Source: Candidatus Uhrbacteria bacterium
GTDB taxonomy: Bacteria > Patescibacteriota > Patescibacteriia > JACPHY01
NCBI GenBank assembly: GCA_016188355.1
Contig: JACPHY010000011.1
Coordinates: 23,219 to 87,218, forward strand
Direction: 5' to 3'
Length of the DNA: 64,000 bases
Under the pieces are notes generated by a model. The model did no database searches. It was not told the DNA's origin and saw nothing but the letters and a program-made list of their open reading frames with translations. This document shows, in pieces, positions 1 through 9,094 of the stretch (its first letter is position 1; every line of letters starts with the position of its first letter). A program made the position numbers and the translations under genes.

Positions 1-501
1 CGATGTTGAATGTGTATCCGCAGGCGTGGCCCTTTTCGGATGCGGTGCAGGGATCGAGTCCAATGCGGGTCTCATTGAGCATGCCCTTCCATTGGATCAC
101 GTTGCCTGGTACCCAATCCGTGCAACTCCAGGAGCCGTCCTCGGTGACGTTTCCACAGAATTGCGATCGGCCCGCGTCTATTGGACCAGTGTACGTGATG
201 TCAAAGTCCCACAGCTCGGCTGGGATTTCCACGCTGCATCCCATGCTGCTCGCACCGAGTGCAATGTGCATCGCGAGCAGTACGTGCGATGACCTCATGT
301 TCCGCTCCTCTCCTCATTGCGCATGAGCCATACCCATGCGCTCGTGGGGTTCGAAGGCTCGCCCACGGAATAGCGCAGGTTTCGCGCGGCGATGTGGTCC
401 GCGTTCCTGCGTGTCAGTGTGGACAGTATGCCACCATCTGGCGTTGCGGTCGAGTGGAAAAAGCAACCCCCTCGCACCCGAAGGTGAGAGGGGGGTAGTG
501 A

Positions 502-1251
502 TCAGCCGATGAATGCGCCGCGAACAGCAACGAAGCTGACGGGGTCGTCGAAGCGCGGGGCGCAGATCACTGGACTGGATGCCAACGTGTAGAGCGCTGC
601 GATGGAATGGCGCTCTTTCCTCCAAACGGATCCACCGAGCGCGGTCCGAGCATTCCGCATGCGCGTGGGATGCTGGAGGTATCCTGCGATGCCCTCGAGC
701 AGGGAGCAGGGGACGGTGTCATCGGAGATCATGTCACGGACATCGTGCATGGAGTGCTCGGCGAACCCACGGAGATTGGCGCGCATCCAGTACTGGTGGG
801 TTCCGGGGTCGATGGATCCGTATGGAACGAATCCAAGGTTGTAGTCGTCTGGTCTCGTCTCTTTTTCGAGACCGTTCACGAGCACGAATCCTCCGAGCTT
901 CGCGTAGCATCTGGCGGTGAGACGCGCGTCCACGAGCACGAGATTGGGAAACTGGGCGAAGTAGCGGTCGGGGAACTCGGGAATCCGTGGCACGGTCGCG
1001 AGGTACTCCGCAAACGATGTGTACCCGAGCTGATCGCCGATCCCGAGCGTCCAGAGGTGGAAGGCCTGCGTTTCTCGCGGGTCCTTCTTTCCCGGATTCG
1101 TGCCGCCTTCGGTCATGCGGCGGATGAATCCTTGAACGTCCGGTCCGATGCCGGGACCACCCGCCCCGCGATTCGCCTTGCAGATGCGTGCGATTTCTCC
1201 GAGTTGATCCGCGCTCACCTGGGTGAGTGGCTGTTGCCTCTCTTTTGTCAT
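502..1251 (-). CDS. hypothetical protein (about 250 aa)
   Basis: Long ORF on the minus strand. The internal ATG (MTKERQ...) is preceded by a GGAGGAG Shine-Dalgarno sequence. No recognisable motif. Confidence 0.5.
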   Translation of the reverse strand: MTKERQQPLTQVSADQLGEIARICKANRGAGGPGIGPDVQGFIRRMTEGGTNPGKKDPRETQAFHLWTLGIGDQLGYTSFAEYLATVPRIPEFPDRYFAQFPNLVLVDARLTARCYAKLGGFVLVNGLEKETRPDDYNLGFVPYGSIDPGTHQYWMRANLRGFAEHSMHDVRDMISDDTVPCSLLEGIAGYLQHPTRMRNARTALGGSVWRKERHSIAALYTLASSPVICAPRFDDPVSFVAVRGAFIG

Positions 1252-1488
1252 GGCAATCTCCTCCATCCGCGGTACGCCGTTGCGGCAGCACATCCGGAGA
1301 TGTGCCAGCACATTGGTCTCCCTTGGGCAGTGGGTGATTTGGAAATGGACCTGTTCGGGTCCTGCCGTCTCTCACGAAACAGCAGGGTGAGAGTAGCATG
1401 GAGCGTTGCTTGTGTCAATGGATTGAATCATGCAAACGAAGATCCTGCCCAGAGGTGGGCAGGATCAGGTGCGTGTGCGGTCGGTGAA

Positions 1489-1983
1489 TTAGAATCCGTA
1501 CCAGAGGTTCACGCCGGGAGCGATCGCCAAGATCGGTCCGTTGTTGAGAGCGACGTATACGAGGGCACTGGGGGAGAGCGTCCACTGCTTCGTGATGAAC
1601 CACGAGATGCCGCCGCCGGCACCGGCGTAGAAGGTGGCATCTCCGAATGCGCCGCCGAGTTGGTCGTGCATGACGGCGACGGCGGCATCGATGCCGATCG
1701 CGTCATTTACGGGGAAGTCTGCGGCGATCGTTGCCATGAATCCCCAGTAGCCGGTATCGGGGGCGAGCTCGATGCCGACTCCGGGGCTGAGACTCACCCC
1801 ATCGAGCGGGAAGGTGAGCGAGACGCCAAGTCCGGGATAGGCGCCAATGTGCGACACGGACGGCGCGACGCCGGCGAATTCCATCGCCCAGACATTGAGA
1901 CCAAGATCTTGCGCGGCGGCGCGCGTGGGAACGAAGGCTGTGGCCGTGAGGAGAAGGCAAGAGAGCGCGATTGAGCGTCGCAT
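1489..1983 (-). CDS. small outer-membrane beta-barrel protein (OmpW/OmpA-like, 8-strand type) with signal peptide
   Basis: The N-terminus MRRSIALSCLLLTATAFVPTRAAAQD has a signal peptide with an AxA cleavage site. It shows alternating hydrophobic beta-strand periodicity and ends in aromatic ...NLWYGF, typical of an OMP C-terminus. Confidence 0.55.
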   Translation of the reverse strand: MRRSIALSCLLLTATAFVPTRAAAQDLGLNVWAMEFAGVAPSVSHIGAYPGLGVSLTFPLDGVSLSPGVGIELAPDTGYWGFMATIAADFPVNDAIGIDAAVAVMHDQLGGAFGDATFYAGAGGGISWFITKQWTLSPSALVYVALNNGPILAIAPGVNLWYGF

Positions 1984-2638
1984 GGGGAGCTCCTTTTGGT
2001 GGGTGAGAATGAACTGTGAGGGGTAGGCGCGAGCACCGTATCAGGGAACTGTTCCAGAGTCAACGGGAGTTGACATTTTGGCTGCCTGATGCTACGGTTG
2101 CGCCAGCCGATGCGGCAGGAGGTGATAATGACCACGATGCGTTTTCGGTTCAATGTGAATTCCGGTGCGACAGCCGTGACCATGGACACGCGGAATCCGG
2201 GTGAGGAGGATGGAAGGATCCGCGACGTGATCGCGCAGTGTCGCCAAGGTCGCTATGGTCGGCTCAGCGAGCTCGTCGCCTTTTCTCGGCGCGTCCCGAA
2301 CGTGCAGCCGCTTTCGTTCTACGAGGTCGAGCCCAGCGAGTTCGAGCGGTGGCAGCAGGAAGCCGCGCGTACGTCGATCGGCTCCGCCCGGTAGTCTCCA
2401 CGCACAGGCCCCGTCGCTCCATGAGCGGCGGGGCGGTTCTTCTTTTATCTCGAGCGGAACGAGTCCGCGAGTGTAGCCGAGAGATCTCGCCGGGGGAGAT
2501 CCTTCGTCACGGATTCCTCAGGATGGCGAACGTTGGGAAGTATAGCCGAGAGATTTTGCCGCCCGTGCCACCGTCCCATGGTGTGGGCTTCTTCGTCGAA
2601 GATTCCTCAGGATGGCGATCTTGGAGATTCGAAGGAAT

Positions 2639-4849
2639 CTATTTTCGGACTACCTGCGTTGCCTCCTCGAGTCGAAGGCTCAGGAGTTTGGATGCACCTT
2701 CGTCGCCCATGGTCACGCCGTAGATCATGGATGCGCGCTCCATGGAGGAGCGGTTATGGGTGACCACGAGGAATTGGGTGTGCTGGGAGAGATCTTTGAG
2801 AATCTCCGCATAGCGGACGGAGTTTGATTCATCGAGCGCCGCATCGACCTCATCGAGTACCACGAACGGAGATGCGCTGGAGGAGATGATCGCGCAGAGG
2901 AGCGCGATGGCAGTGAGGGCGCGCTCGCCGCCGGAGAGCATGGCGATATGCTTAATGCGTTTTCCGGGTGGCGTCGCTTGGATGTCGATGCCTACCACCA
3001 CGCGCTCGCCGCGCTTCGGGGGTACGTCGGAGGGGGGGATGTCGGGAATGGGGGTGCTAGTTTGTTCCGGCGCCGATTCCTCGATGGGCTCCTCACGGAG
3101 GAGGGTGAGTTTTGCATTGCCGCCACCGAAGAGCTGGCGGAAGTACTTTTCAAAATGCGTATTGATCGTGGCGAATGCGGAATGGAATGCGCGATCAATA
3201 TCGAGCTCCAGTTCGGTGATGACCTGTTCGAGCGACGTGGCGGATTTTTGGAGGTCGTCGGTTTGCTGGGTGAGGAATGCGACGCGTTCCTCGAGTTCGC
3301 GATATTCCGCGAGCGTCTGCTCATCGAGCGTACCAATGGTTGCGAGTTCCCGCTGGAGGCGACCAATGCGGAATTCCGTATCCGTCTCCAGCGGGCCCTG
3401 CGGCGCGGGAAGCGTGCTCGGGTCCTCGGTGCTCGGGATATCGCGCAGGATGGCTTGGCGGAGATCCTCGCGGCGCTGCTCGCATCGCGCGAGTTCAATG
3501 CGACCATCATTCGCCCTTGCGGTGGCCTCGTTGAGGAGTAATTGCTGTGCGCGATAGTTGCGTTGCAGTTCGAAGAAGGCGCCTTTCTTCTGCTGTTCTT
3601 CTGCGTGCACCGCGGACATGCGGCGCTGCACTTCGGTTACTTCGCGTTCCACCTCCCGCAGGGCGGCCTCCGTTTCGGTGAGTTCTGGGGCCGGCGTCCG
3701 TACGTCGGGTGGGGTGCAACGCGTGCGGAGATTTGTGATGCGCTGGTGAATGGTGGTGAGCACCGCGAGGGTGGCGGGCACATCAATGGTGGGAGTTTCG
3801 CGGAGCGAATAGAGGAGCATGTCGATATCCTGGAGTGCGATATCGAGATCCGCGATGAGCGCGGTCGCCGGAAGCGCTTGATGTGCGCCGGCGCGTGTTT
3901 GCGCGGCGTTGCGGAGGAGGAGCATGCGCTCGCGGAGTTCCTGCCGTCGGTGCATGAGCGCTTCGTACGATCGTTGGAGATCGAGAAACGCGTCGCTTTT
4001 TTGTTCCTCCTGCTCCAGCGTCGAGAGCTTGCCCTGGATCTGGTCTACACTCGTTTGGAGTTTACGGCGTTCTGCATCGTGCACTTCCCATGCGGTGCGT
4101 TGCCGTTCCATGAGCCGTGCGAGTTCATGCCAGCGCTGTCCGTGAAATTGTGCGAGCCGTTCGCGGAGCTCTTGTTCGAGTGCATCTCGTTGCTCGAGAC
4201 GTTTCACCTGACGACTCAAGCTGCGGAGTCGCGGGGTGAGTTCCGCGAGGAGCGTTTCGCCCTGGCGGAGGTTCTCGTGCGCGCGCTCGAGTTTGGCGAT
4301 TGCCTGGTTGCGTTTGATTTCCGCTGGTCGGATGCCCGCTGCCTCATCGAAGAACGCCTTGCGATCCGTGGGCGATGCGAGAATGAACTCATCCACCATG
4401 CCCTGCCCAATAATCGAATACGTGCGCTGCCCGATGCGCGCGCCAGCGAGCAGGAGGAGGATGTCTTCTCGGCGGACCTTGTTGCCATTGAGGAGGTACT
4501 CGGCATCACCGGATCGATACACGCGGCGCGTAATGGCAACCTCGGTATAGTCGATGGGTGCGCTGCGATCTTCGTTGTTGAGGAGGAGGGTGACTTCGGC
4601 AACGCCCAGGCGCGGACGTCTCGGCGTTCCGGCAAAAATGACATCTTCCGAGGTTTTCCCTCGGAGGAGTTTCATGGATTGTTCTCCTAAGACCCAGCGA
4701 ATGGCATCGACGACGCACGATTTCCCAGAACCATTGGGACCGACGATGGCGGTGATCCCACGCGATCCGGCGGTGGGGGGGAGGAACTCGAGATTCGTCG
4801 CGTTGGCGAACGATTTGAATCCATTGAGGTCAATGCGTTGAAGCCACAT
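2639..4849 (-). CDS. smc: SMC-family chromosome segregation ATPase (short form, 736 aa)
   Basis: The N-terminus MWLQRIDLNGFKSF...GPNGSGKSCVVDAIRWVLGEQS matches an SMC Walker A head. A long coiled-coil middle follows. The C-terminus LSGGERALTAIALL...VVLDEVDAALDESN carries the ABC signature and D-loop. No obvious hinge; the length is far below canonical SMC. Confidence 0.8.
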   Translation of the reverse strand: MWLQRIDLNGFKSFANATNLEFLPPTAGSRGITAIVGPNGSGKSCVVDAIRWVLGEQSMKLLRGKTSEDVIFAGTPRRPRLGVAEVTLLLNNEDRSAPIDYTEVAITRRVYRSGDAEYLLNGNKVRREDILLLLAGARIGQRTYSIIGQGMVDEFILASPTDRKAFFDEAAGIRPAEIKRNQAIAKLERAHENLRQGETLLAELTPRLRSLSRQVKRLEQRDALEQELRERLAQFHGQRWHELARLMERQRTAWEVHDAERRKLQTSVDQIQGKLSTLEQEEQKSDAFLDLQRSYEALMHRRQELRERMLLLRNAAQTRAGAHQALPATALIADLDIALQDIDMLLYSLRETPTIDVPATLAVLTTIHQRITNLRTRCTPPDVRTPAPELTETEAALREVEREVTEVQRRMSAVHAEEQQKKGAFFELQRNYRAQQLLLNEATARANDGRIELARCEQRREDLRQAILRDIPSTEDPSTLPAPQGPLETDTEFRIGRLQRELATIGTLDEQTLAEYRELEERVAFLTQQTDDLQKSATSLEQVITELELDIDRAFHSAFATINTHFEKYFRQLFGGGNAKLTLLREEPIEESAPEQTSTPIPDIPPSDVPPKRGERVVVGIDIQATPPGKRIKHIAMLSGGERALTAIALLCAIISSSASPFVVLDEVDAALDESNSVRYAEILKDLSQHTQFLVVTHNRSSMERASMIYGVTMGDEGASKLLSLRLEEATQVVRK

Positions 4850-5011
4850 AGCGGGCGGGGCTTGAGCGTGTCATCAGTAGTTCTGCTGCGGCCTCTTCTA
4901 GTGTATCGAGTGTGCGCGGGATTGACACGGGATCGGCGGGGTACTACATTCGATTTGCTGAGAACGATGGTTCCGGCGTGTTCTTTGTGCAACCGCGCAG
5001 CGGAGGAGCAG

Positions 5012-5767
5012 ATGACGATGATACAGCTCTCGGAAGCGATGCAGGAACGGCTCAACAAACTCATGCGACCGGCGGACGATGTCAACAAGGTGACCGTCGC
5101 GCAGGGGTTGCTGCGGGCGATCGGGGACCTTCAGACGAACGAGGAACGCGATGCGGCGTTCGCGTACATCTTCGCGAACTCCAGCTACGCGCCAATCTCT
5201 GGACCGCCGACGCCGGCCGAGGAGTACCCGAAGCCATTCGATGTCTCGCCGGATGGACCGGATCAGCGGGCACTCACCCGTGCGGTGGCCGAACACCGCA
5301 TCGATGCCCGTCTGCGTGCGCTCGAGGCGAACTGCGAGGCGGACGGCGCGAATCCCGAGGTGCGCGCGCAGCGCGCGCGGGCATTCGTGATGGATGGTGA
5401 CCTGCCGATCGTTGCGCGGGCTGCGGTGCTCGGATATCTCATCAATTCCGACGCGTTCGCGAATTCGGTGGACTGTCCGAAGGACATTCCGAACGACGAG
5501 CCGGTATCGAAGGACGCGGCCCAAGCGATCGTCTGGAAGCACCGGGGCGTCCTGCGGAGGGTCTTCGGCACGAAAAAGGTCGTCAAGACGCGTCACGCGC
5601 TCGCCGCGTGCATCGATGAAGAGGTGGGTGACATTCCGGATCCGCACGAGCGCGCGATCGTGCTCTCCCACGTGATGTACGAGTGCGGACAGTGTGCCGC
5701 GCGCGAGCACATCCGTTCGATGGTGGATGGCGCGATGCTGCTCGCTGCGGTGCTGCGCGACGACTAG
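5012..5767 (+). CDS. hypothetical protein
   Basis: ORF with a GGAGG Shine-Dalgarno sequence before the ATG (MTMIQLSEAMQ...). No recognised domain. Confidence 0.5.
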   Translation: MTMIQLSEAMQERLNKLMRPADDVNKVTVAQGLLRAIGDLQTNEERDAAFAYIFANSSYAPISGPPTPAEEYPKPFDVSPDGPDQRALTRAVAEHRIDARLRALEANCEADGANPEVRAQRARAFVMDGDLPIVARAAVLGYLINSDAFANSVDCPKDIPNDEPVSKDAAQAIVWKHRGVLRRVFGTKKVVKTRHALAACIDEEVGDIPDPHERAIVLSHVMYECGQCAAREHIRSMVDGAMLLAAVLRDD

Positions 5768-5870
5768 TCGGTCATGCGCGATTGCCCCCGACTCCCGCCC
5801 TGGGAGTCGGGGGATTCTGTATGATGGGGTGGTTTGACTGCCGCGTGGTGGTGACCTATCATCATCGGCT

Positions 5871-6863
5871 ATGCCTCCTCTTGCGATCCCTTCGAACGAA
5901 CGCGCACCATATCGTGCGCTGTGGGATCGTCTGCGCGCGGCACAGGACATCCTCCTGGTTTCCCCGAAGCGACCGGATGGCGACTCGCTGGGATCGATTT
6001 GTGGCATGTGGTCTGCGCTGCGATTTATCGGTAAATCGGCGACGCTGTTCTGTGTGGATCCGGCGCCGCCAACGTACGGCATGCTCCCCGGCATCCACAT
6101 GTTGGCGGTGGGCGCGCCCGCGCTCCATCATCGAACATTCGATGTGATCATCGTCGTCGATGCGGGGGATCTTGATTTCGCTGGCATCCGGGCGGAGCTG
6201 CCGCAGTGGAAGCGCTCGGGCGGTGCGCTGGTGGTCATTGATCATCACGCAACGAACACGCGGTTCGGCGATGTGAATTGCGTCATCACGACGGCCGCAT
6301 CGACCACCGAGGTGATCACGCGGATATTGCAAGTAAACGCAGTGCCGATCACGCCGGCCACTGCAACCGCGCTCCTGTTTGGTCTCGTGTACGACACCGA
6401 CGGTTTTTCTAATCCCGCCACATCGGTTACCGCAGCTGCTACGGCAGCGGCATTGCTGGCAGCGGGAGCGCAGATGGGTCCAATCCTCCGTGCGCAGTAT
6501 CGCTCGAAACCCATCGGCTCGTTCCAATTATGGGGTCGTGCGTTCGAGCGTCTGGTGATGCATCCGCGTTGGCAAGTTGCGACCACAGTGTTGCTGCCCG
6601 AAGATTTTGCGGCATGTGGTGCGGAGTCCACGGAAGGCCTCGCGAATTTTCTCCAGAACGTGCTTCCGGCAAAGGCTGTCCTCGTCCTCAAAGATTCTGG
6701 AACCGGTATGGTGCGGGGCAGTTTCCGCACGCTACGGAACGATGTGGACCTCGGCGCACTTGCCGAGCATCTCGGCGGCGGCGGTCATCGGAAAGCCTCG
6801 GGTTTCGGCGTACCGGGGAGAGTGGTTCGGGAGGGCGATCGTTGGAGGGTTGTGGTACAATAA
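5871..6863 (+). CDS. nrnA: DHH-family phosphoesterase NrnA-like (nanoRNase / pAp phosphatase)
   Basis: DHH motif (VVIDHH) and a C-terminal DHHA1 GGGH motif (EHLGGGGHRKASGF). Confidence 0.75.
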   Translation: MPPLAIPSNERAPYRALWDRLRAAQDILLVSPKRPDGDSLGSICGMWSALRFIGKSATLFCVDPAPPTYGMLPGIHMLAVGAPALHHRTFDVIIVVDAGDLDFAGIRAELPQWKRSGGALVVIDHHATNTRFGDVNCVITTAASTTEVITRILQVNAVPITPATATALLFGLVYDTDGFSNPATSVTAAATAAALLAAGAQMGPILRAQYRSKPIGSFQLWGRAFERLVMHPRWQVATTVLLPEDFAACGAESTEGLANFLQNVLPAKAVLVLKDSGTGMVRGSFRTLRNDVDLGALAEHLGGGGHRKASGFGVPGRVVREGDRWRVVVQ

Positions 6864-6870
6864 ATGTTCT

Positions 6871-7203
6871 ATGGCGAAAGTAAAACAATCTCAGAGCATG
6901 GATACGCCGTTGTCGAAAAAGGATTTTGTTGTTCTCATGCCGAAAATGCTCGGCGAATTTACCGAGGAGGTACTGCTCCCCGCAGTCGAGCGCATCGTGC
7001 AGACGGAGATCGCAAAATCCGAGCACCGCATGAAGGCATGGGTGGAGGAACGATTGGCGGATCTCCGTGCAGAGATTGTGCTCCTCACGCGGAAGGAAGA
7101 TCATAAGGTACTGCGACTGGTCGACATGTTGCGGGCCAAAAAGTTACTCACGGATCACGAAGTCGCGGAGCTCTTGCGCATGGAACCGTTCCCGAGATCC
7201 TGA
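6871..7203 (+). CDS. hypothetical small protein (about 110 aa)
   Basis: ORF MAKVKQSQSMDTPLSKKDFVVLMPK... lies between nrnA and clpP on the same strand. Confidence 0.45.
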   Translation: MAKVKQSQSMDTPLSKKDFVVLMPKMLGEFTEEVLLPAVERIVQTEIAKSEHRMKAWVEERLADLRAEIVLLTRKEDHKVLRLVDMLRAKKLLTDHEVAELLRMEPFPRS

Positions 7204-7209
7204 TTTTTT

Positions 7210-7818
7210 ATGCCTTCCAACACCCTTGTTCCCATTGTCGTAGAGAAATCTCAGTACGGTGAGCGCGCGTACGATATTTACTCGCGCCTGCTCAAAGATC
7301 GCATCATTTTTTTGGGGGACCCGATTGATGATGCGGTCGCGAATACGGTCATCGCGCAGTTGCTGTTTTTGGAATCTGAGGATCCGAAGAAGGAAATCAA
7401 GCTCTACGTGAATTCTCCAGGAGGTTCCGTCACTGCGGGTCTCGCGATTTACGACACCATGCAGTACATCAAGCCTGATGTCGCAACGATCTGCATCGGC
7501 ATGGCGGCATCGATGGGTGCGGTGCTGCTCGCCGGAGGAACGGCCGGGAAGCGTTATTGTTTGGCCAATGCAGAGGTCATGATCCACCAGGTGCTCGGTG
7601 GCGTGGAGGGGCAGGCATCCGATATCAAGATTCGTGCGGATCGTATTTTGAAGCTGAAGGACCTCTTGAATCAAATTCTCGCCACACACACGAAGCAGCC
7701 TTTCGCGAAGGTGGAGAAGGACACGGATCGGGACTACTTCATGTCCGCACCGGAGGCGCTCGCGTACGGGTTGGTCGATAAAATTATTGAGGGGAAAGAG
7801 TTGGTGAAAAAAGAATAA
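7210..7818 (+). CDS. clpP: ATP-dependent Clp protease proteolytic subunit ClpP
   Basis: Full-length match to ClpP: [11 protein letters not shown]..., catalytic Ser context [14 protein letters not shown], and His context MIHQ. Confidence 0.95.
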   Translation: MPSNTLVPIVVEKSQYGERAYDIYSRLLKDRIIFLGDPIDDAVANTVIAQLLFLESEDPKKEIKLYVNSPGGSVTAGLAIYDTMQYIKPDVATICIGMAASMGAVLLAGGTAGKRYCLANAEVMIHQVLGGVEGQASDIKIRADRILKLKDLLNQILATHTKQPFAKVEKDTDRDYFMSAPEALAYGLVDKIIEGKELVKKE

Positions 7819-7831
7819 GTACGATCGCAGC

Positions 7832-7870
7832 ACGCATCCGCCGCACTTCAGTGCGGCGGATGCGTATTTA
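7832..7870 (+). terminator. intrinsic terminator hairpin after clpP
   Basis: Perfect inverted repeat cgcatccgccgcac-ttca-gtgcggcggatgcg followed by TATTT. Confidence 0.7.
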
Positions 7871-8446
7871 GCCCTATTTCGGAGGAGCTCTCTGCGTGAG
7901 GAGATCGGAATTGAGCGAATCCCCGGGGGGTCCCAGTTCGGAGGGAAGGGCCAATGTATGGGGCTTTGCTTTGTTGAGCAAATGTTACTCAGTAAACAGA
8001 AAATGTGATGCTAGGCCATTGACTTCTCGGGCGTTCTGTGGTACATTTCTACGTTCCCCGCACGACTGTTCTCAGATAAAGCACGAACCGACGGAACGGG
8101 GAAACGGAGCTCCGGTGTATCCGGATGCCACAATGATTGGTCTCCTGAGCGGGCGCTGCCATCGGAATGCAGCGCATGCCAGATGGGTGAGGTCCTTCGC
8201 TTGCTCAGGGTGACGCATTGGAAAAAGAAAATGAAATACCTCTTCAGGAAGCTGCGCTCGAGAGCACTCGCTCCGTAAGGAGTGAGGGGGAAGTGAACTC
8301 GAGAGGACAGGGCCCTGCGCTCACGACAAGCATGGGGTTTCGTGCTCGGTCGACTTGGCTGCTCCGGCAGCTCGGTCAGGCCCATCACTAAATCTCTTGA
8401 GCGCAGCTTTCGGGAGAGGTTTTTGTATAGTTTTGTACCTTTACTG

Positions 8447-8983
8447 ATGATGGATGATGTGGAGCGAATGCTCCGGGAGGAAGTGATGAACGAGATGAAC
8501 CGCGTGATCCGAACGACCAACGATCTCCGACGATTTCTCGTGACGCTCGCGATTGTACCGCTCGGCGCGGCAGTCGGCTTGGGGGGGATGGAGATGCTCC
8601 CGAAGCTCGACCGACTGGTCGGGTTCCGGGCCTCCGATGCCGGACTCTTCGCTGCGATCGTGGTGTGCGCCCTCGGCACTGCCTGCATCATGGCAGCGAT
8701 GTGCGCCATTCTTGCGGCGCCGTACGAGGCGATCCGGGTATGGAAGCACGAGGCGGAGCGGCACCCGGAGCGGAAGCGCATCGTGCTCCTCGCCGCGTTG
8801 CTCGCGGTGGTGGCGGTCGCGAGCATGTCCGCGATGACCTCGCTCCTCACCGCCGCGTTGCTCGCGGGCCTCGGAGTCATCGTGCCGGCATACGAGCACA
8901 TCTTCGCGGATCTCTTCGAGCAGCCGCTGCTGGGGGTCAAGATGATCCGGTACCTGCCCACGGACCTCGCGAAGCCGCAGTAG
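8447..8983 (+). CDS. hypothetical integral membrane protein
   Basis: Multiple hydrophobic helices (LVTLAIVPLGAAVGLGG, LFAAIVVCALGTACIMAAMCAILAA, VLLAALLAVVAVASM). The overlapping minus-strand ORF is R/S/P-rich shadow. Confidence 0.5.
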   Translation: MMDDVERMLREEVMNEMNRVIRTTNDLRRFLVTLAIVPLGAAVGLGGMEMLPKLDRLVGFRASDAGLFAAIVVCALGTACIMAAMCAILAAPYEAIRVWKHEAERHPERKRIVLLAALLAVVAVASMSAMTSLLTAALLAGLGVIVPAYEHIFADLFEQPLLGVKMIRYLPTDLAKPQ

Positions 8984-9094
8984 GGGCAGTTGATGTGACG
9001 CCGCTCATCCTTCGGGGTGGGCGGTGTTTCTTTTTTTGCGCGTGGACCGCAAACCCTGCCACTCGATCGAGTGGCAGGGTGCTTGGTGCGCGTT

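Noticed and set aside
1-500. Several 60-110-aa ORFs on both strands at the window start.
   Set aside because: No Shine-Dalgarno sequence and no motif support, and the ORFs overlap one another. This is probably the 3' flank or intergenic region of a gene lying outside the window.
607-1974. Long opposite-strand or overlapping ORFs in the track. Examples: 607..1974 (+), 2886..3557 and 3542..4690 (+) inside SMC, 4898..6100 (-), 8011..9210 (-), 28446..29858 and 29898..31025 (-) inside gyrA, 39120..40982 (+) over ymdB/rny, 42400..43875 (-) inside infB, 44089..46521 (-), and 51405..53123 (-) inside the AAA+ gene.
   Set aside because: Their Arg/Ser/Pro/Gly-rich, low-complexity translations are typical of shadow ORFs in 63% GC DNA. 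Each overlaps a gene with clear family signatures on the other strand.
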